IMG/VR virus record: IMGVR_UViG_3300044971_004534
DNA from: a virus
Reading direction: 5' to 3' (one strand)
Length of the DNA stretch: 64,000 nucleotides
Within the stretch, counting starts at the first letter, position 1. The number at the start of each line of letters is the position of its first letter. This document shows positions 53,563 to 61,067 of the stretch, in pieces. The notes below the pieces were generated by a model. That model was not told where the DNA came from. It saw only the letters and a list, made by a program, of their open reading frames with translations, and made no database searches. A program made the translations under genes and the position numbers.

Positions 53563-54213
53563 ATGGCTAACACCATCAGCAACGCATCGGTCGTCGTCAG
53601 CAACGCTCAGGCTCACGCCCTGATCCGTACCTCCCTCGCTAAGAGCGGTTCGTGCAAGACGATGAAGGGTAACTCCACGGCTGACACCATGTTGGTGGAC
53701 AAGTCGCGTGGTGAGAAGTACGCCATTGACGCGACCGTTCGCATGACGGGAACGATCAGCGTGGAGCAGAACGGCACGATCAAGAAGCGTCTTGATCGGT
53801 TCAAGTTGTTCACTCAGGCTGTCATCAATCTGACTCGTCAGGGTGCGCCCATCAACAAGGCTCTCATCATCGGTGAGATGGATCGCCTGTGGACGCTTCA
53901 CAAGGACAACCGTGACCTCAAGCAGATCGACAGCGAGACTTTCGATTCTGTCCTTGGGGAACTCTTTGGACGGGATTTCTGCGACCGGATGTACGCTCCG
54001 GTTGACGAGTCCGCTCCGAAGGCGGGTGACTTCAGCGTGAGCGACCTCAGCATCGACATCCTCAACTCCATCGTTGGGGCTGTCGGGTCGGAGAATCCCG
54101 CTGTGTGGAACATCACTCCCACTCCGGTTGCAGCCGTCACTCATGCTGCGGGTGGACCGCAGAATGATGCGGATGCTAAGAACAGCAAGCCTGTTCGCAG
54201 GAAGCGGAAGTGA
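53563..54213 (+). CDS. hypothetical protein
   Basis: ATG 53563 with 'caaggagaaaagATG' SD (track ORF begins TTG 53539); basic C-terminal tail. Confidence 0.55.
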   Translation: MANTISNASVVVSNAQAHALIRTSLAKSGSCKTMKGNSTADTMLVDKSRGEKYAIDATVRMTGTISVEQNGTIKKRLDRFKLFTQAVINLTRQGAPINKALIIGEMDRLWTLHKDNRDLKQIDSETFDSVLGELFGRDFCDRMYAPVDESAPKAGDFSVSDLSIDILNSIVGAVGSENPAVWNITPTPVAAVTHAAGGPQNDADAKNSKPVRRKRK

Positions 54214-54263
54214 CCAATAATCGGGCGGGGAGTGGGGGTAAAACCCCCTCCCCGTTCGATACG

Positions 54264-54296
54264 CTCGTTTTCCCCCTTCCCTCTTTAGGTTGGGGT
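54264..54296 (+). promoter_or_regulatory. 33-nt promoter-like module, copy 5 (153-nt leader)
   Basis: CTCGTTTTCCCCC + TTCCCTCTTTAGGTTGGGGT; upstream of the sigma70-like promoter at 54341. Confidence 0.45.
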
Positions 54297-54340
54297 ATAA
54301 GAAAAATCAAGAATCTTCTTACATTTGTTACTAACATCAC

Positions 54341-54368
54341 TTGACACAAATAAGAAGCGTTCTATGAT
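54341..54368 (+). promoter_or_regulatory. sigma70-like promoter
   Basis: TTGACA-16 nt-TATGAT. Confidence 0.55.
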
Positions 54369-54449
54369 TTGCTCATATTGATCCATCGCTGCCGAGGGTC
54401 AATCTGATTCATCCAATCGGCAGTTCTTACTAACAGGAGTTTCTTCAAA

Positions 54450-55121
54450 ATGAAGAACAGCAACACGGGCATGGTTCTTGCCCCGAACCCGGCTGACATC
54501 ATCAGCCGTCAGTTGAAGTTGGACCGCAACACTTTCCTTCAGGCTGTCAACCTCTACAACTCGCTGACGCAGTTGGATCAGTCAGCGACGGTTGCCGCCC
54601 CGAACGAAGGTGGCGAGGAGGACACGGGCAAGCGTGGTCCCGGTCGCCCGAAGGGGTCGAAGAACCGGAAGCCCGGTCGCCCGAAGGCGAAGCGTGGTCC
54701 CGGTCGCCCGAAGAAGAAGCGTGGTCCGGGTCGCCCCAAGGCGAAGAAGGGTCCGGGTCGCCCCGCTGCCAAGCGTGGTCCCGGTCGCCCGAAGGGGTCG
54801 GTTGCCAAGCGCAAGACGGTGAAGGGTGGCGCAACCGCCTCTCGCCGTGGTCGCAAGGCGAAGAACCCGAACGGCATGACCATGCGCGATGCGGTCACTA
54901 ACGCTCTCCGCAACGCCAATGGTCCGGTGAAGGCTCCTGCCATCGCTGAAACCCTCAAGGGTCAGGGCTTTACGAGCAAGTCGCTCAACACTCAGGTGGC
55001 TCAGGAGTTGAGCCGCATGGTGACTGATGGACTTGCCAGCCGCCCTGAGCGTGGTTCGTATGCTTGGTCGGGCAGCAACGCCCCGGCAGAGCAGACGGCT
55101 GAAGTCGCTCAGACCGCCTGA
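54450..55121 (+). CDS. AT-hook repeat DNA-binding protein with C-terminal H1-like winged helix
   Basis: Six '(K/R)(R/K)GPGRPK' AT-hooks at aa 61-116; the C-terminal 'MRDAVTNALRNANGPVKAPAIAETLK...RPERGSYAW' resembles a linker-histone globular domain. Confidence 0.7.
   Translation: MKNSNTGMVLAPNPADIISRQLKLDRNTFLQAVNLYNSLTQLDQSATVAAPNEGGEEDTGKRGPGRPKGSKNRKPGRPKAKRGPGRPKKKRGPGRPKAKKGPGRPAAKRGPGRPKGSVAKRKTVKGGATASRRGRKAKNPNGMTMRDAVTNALRNANGPVKAPAIAETLKGQGFTSKSLNTQVAQELSRMVTDGLASRPERGSYAWSGSNAPAEQTAEVAQTA
54630..54797 (+). repeat. coding tandem repeats (about 30 bp) encoding the AT-hooks
   Basis: Reiterated AAGCGTGGTCCCGGTCGCCCGAAG variants; they create spurious ORFs in other frames. Confidence 0.8.
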
Positions 55122-55140
55122 GTCTGATTGAAAAAGTTCC

Positions 55141-55184
55141 AACGGCGGGTCGCCCTAAAAAAGCGACTCGCCGTTGTGCTTTTG
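55141..55184 (+). terminator. rho-independent terminator
   Basis: 13-bp stem AACGGCGGGTCGC/GCGACTCGCCGTT (one mismatch), then GTGCTTTTG. Confidence 0.7.
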
Positions 55185-55221
55185 TATCACTTGCGAGAAA
55201 TCTTGGATAGTACCCAATGAG

Positions 55222-55470
55222 ATGCCCGAACCTCGTATCAATCAGGCTACGCAAACCATTGGGAACGGAATCGCTTGGGACTCCATCAAGGGTCTTATCA
55301 CGCATTTTATTTCTAGTGACGGCAAGACCGTGTGTGGCAAAGATGTGAGTGGCGGCGCCTCTTACGGATGGTATCCAAGCAAGAAGGATGAAAAAACCAG
55401 GATTTGTCCTGACTGCGCTAAACGCAAAACTGTTCCCGTAGCTCAACTGGATAGAGCAGCCGCCTTCTAA
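55222..55470 (+). CDS. hypothetical zinc-ribbon protein (doubtful)
   Basis: ATG 55222; 'CGKD...ICPDCAKRK'; the last 39 nt overlap tRNA-Arg, so the true 3' end or coding status is uncertain. Confidence 0.3.
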   Translation: MPEPRINQATQTIGNGIAWDSIKGLITHFISSDGKTVCGKDVSGGASYGWYPSKKDEKTRICPDCAKRKTVPVAQLDRAAAF

Positions 55471-55505
55471 GCGGCAGGTTACTGGTTCGAGCCCAGTCGG
55501 GAACG
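55432..55505 (+). tRNA. tRNA-Arg (anticodon TCT)
   Basis: Acceptor GTTCCCG/CGGGAAC, anticodon arm GCCGC-CTTCTAA-GCGGC, T-loop TTCGAGC. Confidence 0.9.
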
Positions 55506-55538
55506 CTTAGTCTCATAATAAAAGTGGACAGAATGGAC

Positions 55539-55567
55539 TTGACACTCCATTGAACCAACGCTATACT
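55539..55567 (+). promoter_or_regulatory. sigma70-like promoter
   Basis: TTGACA-17 nt-TATACT. Confidence 0.6.
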
Positions 55568-55618
55568 ATGTATGTCTGAGTTTTATTCTTCATTTACCTT
55601 TTACAAAAGGAGTTCAAC

Positions 55619-55909
55619 ATGAGTCACATTTCTGTTCGCAGTTCGTCTATTCGTCTGACTGAAGAAAATGCAACACCTCGTCAGAGGCTTCATGGATGGG
55701 TGTTCCCTCCAAGTCCTGTCACGCAGGGAGTTCTTGTGGGCATGAACGATGCTCTTGCTGAGGAGATCATCGGCATGATCCGTGACTGCTGCTCTGATGA
55801 CAATGGCAACATGATTCTTGATGGATCAAATGCCGATCTGCTGACTTTTGCTAGCCGTCTTGAGCAGAACATTGCTCAGAAGGCGATGCGGAAAACAGAT
55901 CGTGAGTAA
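55619..55909 (+). CDS. hypothetical protein
   Basis: 96-aa ORF with 'aaaggagttcaacATG' SD. Confidence 0.5.
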   Translation: MSHISVRSSSIRLTEENATPRQRLHGWVFPPSPVTQGVLVGMNDALAEEIIGMIRDCCSDDNGNMILDGSNADLLTFASRLEQNIAQKAMRKTDRE

Positions 55910-55947
55910 AGGACTTTTCCCAGTTCCATAGAAATATGGGCTGTGAA

Positions 55948-56302
55948 GGGGCTGAACTGGTTTCGATTGCTGAAGGACTATTCGATACTGCACGACGAGG
56001 CTGATGGGCAACTCGTAAAAAGCCGATCAAACAACAACCGCCAACGAATCGTTGATGGCTGTCGCTGCTTGATGCAGCAAAGTTCTTAGAAGTTGGACAC
56101 TTGCTTCTAAGAACTGTCTGAAGTGTCGATCAGCGTACTGCGAAGTTCCAACGCATAAGGCGCTGAAGTTAATATTATATGATTTGGAACTTTCAAAGGA
56201 CTCATGGTACGAGGACTCCTTTGATCGACGGACTCGTACCTAGCGTGGAGAAGGTGCGATAGGACTTTTGCCAACACAGGGGTTCGACTCCCCTCGGCTC
56301 CA
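55948..56302 (+). ncRNA. ssrA: tmRNA (SsrA), one-piece
   Basis: 5' GGGGCTGAACTGGTTTCGA pairs with 3' CGGCTCC + A (G3:U wobble); T-arm GGGGTTCGACTCCCC; tag ORF 56022-56072 'ADQTTTANESLMAVAA*' preceded by in-frame TAA; CCA not encoded. Confidence 0.85.
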
Positions 56303-56311
56303 TTCAGCAAG

Positions 56312-56346
56312 CCCTCGTTCAGAGAAATCTGGGCGAGGGATTTTCT
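56312..56346 (+). terminator. rho-independent terminator after tmRNA
   Basis: 12-bp stem CCCTCGTTCAGA/TCTGGGCGAGGG (two G-U), GAAA tetraloop, ATTTTCT. Confidence 0.7.
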
Positions 56347-56368
56347 ACTAAATACAGAAAGGGATTCA

Positions 56369-56611
56369 ATGGAAATGGTTTACGGGATCGGTATCGCTAT
56401 TTGCTCTGTGGCTTCCGCTTACTTTGGCTGGAAGTTCGGTTACGCTCAGGGAAACAAAGACGGACACAAAACCGGGTACGATCATGGGGTGACTGCTGCC
56501 ATTCACGCTAACAAAAACGCTATTTTCCGTCAGAGTAAGCCAAGGCTTATGTATGGCGCAAAAAAGATCGTGAATGAAAAAAGCAAGCAAGAAGAAGTCT
56601 GGATTGGTTGA
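56369..56611 (+). CDS. small membrane protein
   Basis: 80 aa, N-terminal hydrophobic helix. Confidence 0.45.
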   Translation: MEMVYGIGIAICSVASAYFGWKFGYAQGNKDGHKTGYDHGVTAAIHANKNAIFRQSKPRLMYGAKKIVNEKSKQEEVWIG

Positions 56612-56651
56612 GATTCCGTATCACTTCTCTATCTGTTGGATATTACTAGGT

Positions 56652-56725
56652 GGGAGATTAGCTCAGCGGTCAAGAGCAGGCGACTCATAATCGCTTGGTC
56701 GTGGGTTCGAACCCCACATCTCCCA
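56652..56725 (+). tRNA. tRNA with CAT anticodon, probably tRNA-Ile2 (lysidine type) rather than Met
   Basis: Acceptor GGGAGAT/ATCTCCC. Anticodon arm GGCGA-CTCATAA-TCGCT plus flanking 'GAGCAGGCGACTCATAATCGCTTGGTCG' matches my recollection of E. coli ileX, not elongator or initiator Met. Confidence 0.8.
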
Positions 56726-56799
56726 TTATGCCTAGACGGATAAAGCTTTTACCGTGGCGTATGCCTAGTCACTTTTACGAATATCAAGGAGAAGAAAAA

Positions 56800-57132
56800 A
56801 TGAACGAAAGAAACAAGACCTCTGTGATCCTTTTCAGCATCGGTGCAGGAATGCTGTTTGGTTCTGCTGCCACCATGAGTGCGCCGCAGTATTCCATGTA
56901 TTTTCTGTTTGGTTCGCAGTTCTTCATCATTGCTGGTGCAATCGCCAGTTCCGCTCACTTCACTCGTCGTTTTGATGAGATGAATGTTGAAACTGACAAC
57001 AATCGGCGTGATATGTACAATCACGTTAGTTCCGTTGAAGACAGCATCCAGAGAGATGTTGATGGAGTGCGCCGTGAACTGGCTCAGGTTGAGAGTCGCA
57101 TCTGCACGAACAAACAGAAAGACGCTCGCTGA
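56800..57132 (+). CDS. membrane protein
   Basis: ATG 56800 with 'caaggagaagaaaaaATG' (the track ORF start runs through the tRNA); two hydrophobic helices. Confidence 0.5.
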   Translation: MNERNKTSVILFSIGAGMLFGSAATMSAPQYSMYFLFGSQFFIIAGAIASSAHFTRRFDEMNVETDNNRRDMYNHVSSVEDSIQRDVDGVRRELAQVESRICTNKQKDAR

Positions 57133-57449
57133 TGTCGCGCCGCCCAAGTAACTCCAAAGGTGGTCTTGACCGCCTTGCGGTTTTGAACGGAGATAGTGCA
57201 GGACAGTATGTTCGCGTTTGCGAAGATGCCGTCAGCACCGTTGAGTTCAAGCCAGGTGTCTACGCTCGCTCAGTCAACGACAACGGATGGGCTTGCCCCC
57301 GTGGTCTTGAGGAAGTGAAGACGCAGGGACTCATCAAGAGCGCTGCGTGGGCGATTCGGGCAATCAAGAGGCGCGCTGAGTCTGGCGATGCTGAAGCGCA
57401 GATCATCATTCAGAACTTGAACGAGATTATCGGACAAGCTTCTGCGTAA
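57132..57449 (+). CDS. hypothetical protein
   Basis: ATGA-type overlap with the upstream stop. Confidence 0.5.
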   Translation: MSRRPSNSKGGLDRLAVLNGDSAGQYVRVCEDAVSTVEFKPGVYARSVNDNGWACPRGLEEVKTQGLIKSAAWAIRAIKRRAESGDAEAQIIIQNLNEIIGQASA

Positions 57450-57472
57450 GAGCCAAGGAGAGAGGGATGGGG

Positions 57473-57509
57473 TAGCCCCGATTGTCGGAGATCGGGGCTA
57501 TCTTTTTTT
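57473..57509 (+). terminator. rho-independent terminator
   Basis: Perfect 10-bp stem TAGCCCCGAT/ATCGGGGCTA followed by TCTTTTTTT. Confidence 0.8.
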
Positions 57510-57588
57510 AATCTACGATGGTCAACTTTCTTGGGAAAAATGGAGAGATTTCGTACCAAGAAGAATGTAGACTTGTATACTAATAGAC

Positions 57589-57855
57589 ATGGAGCGCAAT
57601 CCTCTATACAGTAAGAGTCGAAAGACAAGCCGTATCATCAATCAGGTTGATAATACGCCGTCTTTGCCTCAGCCAATCCTCAGTCCGATGGTGCGAGTTG
57701 GACTGTACAACTTGGTAACTGGAAGGAATGCGAGTCCTGTTGCGGGTAGCGGTGCTTCATTGAACCAGTATTATGATTCTTTGGACGCTCAGGGTATTGC
57801 GTATCCTGAGTTCGGACCCAATCTTGTGAAACTCAATAAGCCCCCGGAAGGGTGA
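57589..57855 (+). CDS. hypothetical protein (candidate leaderless)
   Basis: 'TGTATACT' ends 7 nt before ATG 57589; no SD. Confidence 0.4.
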   Translation: MERNPLYSKSRKTSRIINQVDNTPSLPQPILSPMVRVGLYNLVTGRNASPVAGSGASLNQYYDSLDAQGIAYPEFGPNLVKLNKPPEG

Positions 57856-57889
57856 GGGGTTGAGGGTTCGCCCTCCCCCTCACCTTTTT
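57851..57889 (+). terminator. rho-independent terminator
   Basis: Compound hairpin GGTGAGGGG-TT-GAGGG-TTCG-CCCTC-C-CCCTCACC followed by TTTTT. Confidence 0.7.
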
Positions 57890-57922
57890 CTCTTTTTCCC
57901 CCACGATGGGGAAGGTTGTGGC
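57890..57922 (+). promoter_or_regulatory. 33-nt promoter-like module, copy 6 (13-nt leader)
   Basis: CTCTTTTTCCCCC + ACGATGGGGAAGGTTGTGGC; followed by 'agcaaggacgatcATG'. Confidence 0.5.
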
Positions 57923-57935
57923 AGCAAGGACGATC

Positions 57936-58853
57936 ATGCCCATCCGACACCTCGGTTATGCCTGTCAGAATATGACCCTCGGGGAGACTAAGCCAGTCTC
58001 CAAGCGTGTCTTTACGGACAGAACGCTTCGGATGGACGGGTTTAGTCTGCGGCGAGTAAATGAACTTGCCCTGTCGAACTCCCGTGATCTGCTCAAGATC
58101 ATGTGGTGGAATGTTGAAAATAAAATCAACTTCTTCCGCATTGGTTCAGGGATGTTTCCGTTCATGGATCATCCCGAACTGAAGTACGGTCTTGATGACC
58201 TCGCTACTGCGTTCACGATCAAGGGCGTGTTTCAGAATGTCGGCAACCTTGCCCGTGAGCATGGTATCCGGCTGTCAATGCACCCCGGTCCATACACCTG
58301 TCTTGCATCCCCTGATGAGGCAGTTGTCGCTAAGTCCTTGCTGTGCGTGGAGATGCACTCAATGGTTGGCGATCTTCTTGGAATGGATGACTTCCCAATC
58401 AACATCCACATTGGTGGTGTGTATGACGGCAAGGAAGGGTGTGCAGAGCGGTTTGTCCACAACTTCTCCCGACTTTCTCCACGCGCTCAATCAAGGCTGA
58501 CGCTTGAAAACGATGACAAGGAGGGAATGTGGACGATTCGTGACCTTCTTCCGGTGCATGAAAAGACAGGTATTCCACTTGTTCTTGACATTCATCACCA
58601 CTCGCTCAACACAGGTGGAGATGAACTGACAGCCGTAGCAGACATCGCTCTTTCCACTTGGAACGGAAAAACTCCAAAAGTTCATTATAGTGAACCTAAA
58701 GAGGGTTGCCGTCCCCAAGCACATTCCGACTACATCGTGAATGAGATTCCCGAACTTTGTCCAGTCAGACAATACGATGTGATGATTGAGGCAAAGGCAA
58801 AGGAACTCGCTCTCCTCAAATACAGAAACCTCTTTTTCCCCCTCTCTCGGTGA
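57936..58853 (+). CDS. uvdE: UV damage endonuclease UvdE/UvsE
   Basis: ATG 57936 preferred (ATG 57906 lies inside the module); 'LGYACQN', 'INIHIGG', 'TLENDD', 'DIHHH', 'HSDY', 'MIEAKAKELAL'. Confidence 0.8.
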   Translation: MPIRHLGYACQNMTLGETKPVSKRVFTDRTLRMDGFSLRRVNELALSNSRDLLKIMWWNVENKINFFRIGSGMFPFMDHPELKYGLDDLATAFTIKGVFQNVGNLAREHGIRLSMHPGPYTCLASPDEAVVAKSLLCVEMHSMVGDLLGMDDFPINIHIGGVYDGKEGCAERFVHNFSRLSPRAQSRLTLENDDKEGMWTIRDLLPVHEKTGIPLVLDIHHHSLNTGGDELTAVADIALSTWNGKTPKVHYSEPKEGCRPQAHSDYIVNEIPELCPVRQYDVMIEAKAKELALLKYRNLFFPLSR

Positions 58854-58862
58854 ACTTACGAT
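58830..58862 (+). promoter_or_regulatory. 33-nt promoter-like module, copy 7 (ends at ATG; inside the uvdE 3' end)
   Basis: CTCTTTTTCCCCC + TCTCTCGGTGAACTTACGAT, then ATG 58863. Confidence 0.55.
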
Positions 58863-59975
58863 ATGCCCGCACGCATCTACGACAATCTCTCTGTTGATTC
58901 GGTCAGCGTCAGCAACTCTCACTCTGCTGCCCTTATTGGTGACAGCATCCTTGGGTGGGGTAGCCGCGCCAAGAGCAAGTTGGACTTCCCGGTTGGCAAG
59001 TTCGTGAGCGCAGCCTGTGGCTTCTCTCACTCTGCCGCCGTTGACTCCAACGGCAGTCTTTTCACCATTGGCAACGCGCTTGGTGGCAAGTTGAACAGCG
59101 GCAATCTGAACAGTCGTGGCAAGTTCAAGACCGTTCGCTGCTCTCGCAACTACACCGCTGCGACCATTGAGTACGGTGACGGAAAGCATCGGATTGCCGT
59201 GTTTGGCGATCAGAAGCCGTACAGCGTTCTCCCGTCCACGATTTACTCCAAGACGGCTAAGGATGAAGGTGTGTTCACCTTTGACTCCAACATCGGAGAC
59301 TTTGACATTGATGACAACGGGACTCTCGTTGTTGATGATCTCAAGGGTTCGATCTCCGTCATTCGTGGCAGCATTTGCAGCCTGAGCGGACTTCCCGGTA
59401 AAGTTACCAAGGTTCGTTGCGGCGACCCCAACACCACGACCATTGCAATCGCCCATGTGAATGACAGGGCATATCTGCTCACCCGCACCCACACGGGAAC
59501 TCAGCAGATTGCGGAGATTGCGGGTGATGTCACCGATGTGATCTGTGCAAACAAGTTCTATGGATATGTTGTTTCCAAGCGTGAACTCGTTGTCGTTGGA
59601 GAGCATTTCGGAAACATTCGCCTTCCCGATGGTTGGTCGATTGAGAGCGCCGATGGCGGCAATAATGGTTATGCAATCTGTGTGAGCGACAATGAAGGCA
59701 GTCGCCATCTTGTCCTTGTTGGAGACAACACCAAGAACAAGGAACTTGTGATCGAAGGTCACGATCATCGTGAATGCCCCCGCAAGGACGGCATGATCTA
59801 TGAGATTCGTGAGGACAAGACCGCCAAGGCGAAGCCGATTGTCGTTGCCGCTGTCAGCGCGATCACCGATGATTGCGATGATTCCGACTACGAGTGTGAG
59901 CCGTGCAAGTTCCGCTTTGTCGCAAAGTCCCCTGTTTGCCCGATGTGTAAGGGCGAGGTGGCGGTCAATGTTTGA
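58863..59975 (+). CDS. RCC1-like repeat (beta-propeller) protein with C-terminal zinc ribbon
   Basis: Repeats such as 'DSILGWGSRAKSKLDFP', 'NGSLFTIGNALGGKLNSG', 'RELVVVGEHFGN'; 'CEPCKFRF...CPMCKGE'. Confidence 0.45.
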   Translation: MPARIYDNLSVDSVSVSNSHSAALIGDSILGWGSRAKSKLDFPVGKFVSAACGFSHSAAVDSNGSLFTIGNALGGKLNSGNLNSRGKFKTVRCSRNYTAATIEYGDGKHRIAVFGDQKPYSVLPSTIYSKTAKDEGVFTFDSNIGDFDIDDNGTLVVDDLKGSISVIRGSICSLSGLPGKVTKVRCGDPNTTTIAIAHVNDRAYLLTRTHTGTQQIAEIAGDVTDVICANKFYGYVVSKRELVVVGEHFGNIRLPDGWSIESADGGNNGYAICVSDNEGSRHLVLVGDNTKNKELVIEGHDHRECPRKDGMIYEIREDKTAKAKPIVVAAVSAITDDCDDSDYECEPCKFRFVAKSPVCPMCKGEVAVNV

Positions 59976-60113
59976 ACGCAAGTGGTATTCCAACATTGAA
60001 CCGATCATGGATTGGTGGATCAGCAATACTCCAAAGTGGATGCAGCCTCATTTTGTTTGGACTGCCTACTTTTTTGCCATCGACCGATTTCCTTGAACCG
60101 ATAAATCGTTGAA

Positions 60114-60197
60114 GGCTCTGTGGCGGAACTGGCAGACGCAGCGGACTCAAAATCCGCCGCCGTAAAAAGCGTGTGGGTTCGACCCCCACCGGAGCCA
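60114..60197 (+). tRNA. tRNA-Leu (anticodon CAA)
   Basis: Type II; acceptor GGCTCTG/CGGAGCC, 'TGGCGGAACTGGCAGACGC' D-arm, anticodon arm GCGGA-CTCAAAA-TCCGC. Confidence 0.9.
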
Positions 60198-60200
60198 TTC

Positions 60201-60285
60201 GGGACTGTGGCGGAATCGGCATACGCAGCAGACTTAAAATCTGCCGACCTCAAAAGTCTTGTGGGTTCAAGTCCCACCAGTCCCA
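60201..60285 (+). tRNA. tRNA-Leu (anticodon TAA)
   Basis: Type II; acceptor GGGACTG/CAGTCCC, anticodon arm GCAGA-CTTAAAA-TCTGC; 3 nt after the previous tRNA. Confidence 0.9.
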
Positions 60286-60318
60286 CTCTTTTTCCCCCTC
60301 TCCCGGTAGGATTGCGGC
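60286..60318 (+). promoter_or_regulatory. 33-nt promoter-like module, copy 8 (ends at ATG)
   Basis: CTCTTTTTCCCCC + TCTCCCGGTAGGATTGCGGC, then ATG 60319; starts right after tRNA-Leu. Confidence 0.55.
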
Positions 60319-61029
60319 ATGACCAAGGTTTTGGACAACGCATCCGTAGTGAAGGCTTACCGATCACTCCTCAAGGAGTCAAAGGATTGGGGGCATCGTT
60401 TCTCAACTCCCGCCGTTCGTGGCGTACTGAATCGACTTTTTGGTCTTGATGCACTGAGGCTTGATTATTCCAACGAGGAATATGCACTTGCCTTGATTCG
60501 CAGCGATCCCAACTCAATCTCTTGCATTCCTGAGCAAGTTTGGGAAAAGATCAAGGATGACGCAGACAACATCCTCACGCTTCAGCGTGTGGGTGGAGCG
60601 ATGCCTCACAACACGGAGGGTATTCAGTTTTGCCTTGTTGTTGACGAAGGATGGGAGTTGCTTGGGTGGCAACCTCTTGCCTTGATTCTCGCTGCCGGGG
60701 CAATCAAGATGGACATTTACACCATCGGCTCAGGCATTGATGGTGATGATTCCATTGACATCACCTTCTTCAAGGATGTGAACAAGCCGATTGATCTTGA
60801 CTACGAGACTTGGACTTGGGACATCAATGATTGGCTCATCAACTCGTATGCGTACAGGAATGTGGCAATCACCATCCATGTTGACATTCTCAAGTTGAAT
60901 GTCACCTGCGAGGGAGAGATGGCAGTTCGCAGAAGTTTCGCGGAAAAAATGAGTATTTCCAACAAGAACAATCTTGTTCAGTCAGTTGATGACATCTTGG
61001 TGTCAGTTGGCAAAAAACTGACTACTTGA
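60319..61029 (+). CDS. hypothetical protein
   Basis: 236-aa ORF. Confidence 0.55.
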   Translation: MTKVLDNASVVKAYRSLLKESKDWGHRFSTPAVRGVLNRLFGLDALRLDYSNEEYALALIRSDPNSISCIPEQVWEKIKDDADNILTLQRVGGAMPHNTEGIQFCLVVDEGWELLGWQPLALILAAGAIKMDIYTIGSGIDGDDSIDITFFKDVNKPIDLDYETWTWDINDWLINSYAYRNVAITIHVDILKLNVTCEGEMAVRRSFAEKMSISNKNNLVQSVDDILVSVGKKLTT

Positions 61030-61034
61030 CCCTT

Positions 61035-61067
61035 CTCGTTTTCCCCCTCTAGCCGTGGGTTTGAGGT
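61035..61067 (+). promoter_or_regulatory. 33-nt promoter-like module, copy 9 (ends at ATG)
   Basis: CTCGTTTTCCCCC + TCTAGCCGTGGGTTTGAGGT, then ATG 61068. Confidence 0.55.

Noticed and set aside
53413-54144. 243-aa minus-strand ORF
   Set aside because: It is antisense to 53563-54213, which has an SD and sits in the + strand gene train behind a module copy.
54547-55142. Several overlapping ORFs in other frames and on the other strand across the AT-hook repeats
   Set aside because: They are created by the GC-rich 30-bp coding repeats. Only the + frame gives AT-hooks, an SD and a terminator.
56107-56310. 67-aa minus-strand ORF
   Set aside because: It lies entirely within the tmRNA gene.
57906-57935. 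Upstream ATG 57906 as the uvdE start
   Set aside because: It lies inside the conserved 33-nt module. ATG 57936 follows an AAGGA and gives the usual UvdE N-terminus (..LGYAC.N).
58491-60026. 511-aa minus-strand ORF, the longest in the window
   Set aside because: It is antisense to the uvdE 3' end and to the RCC1-like gene. The + strand gene starts exactly at the end of a 33-nt module, and this ORF would run against all neighbours.
60120-60449. 109-aa ORF starting at 60120
   Set aside because: It reads straight through two tRNA-Leu genes and a module copy.
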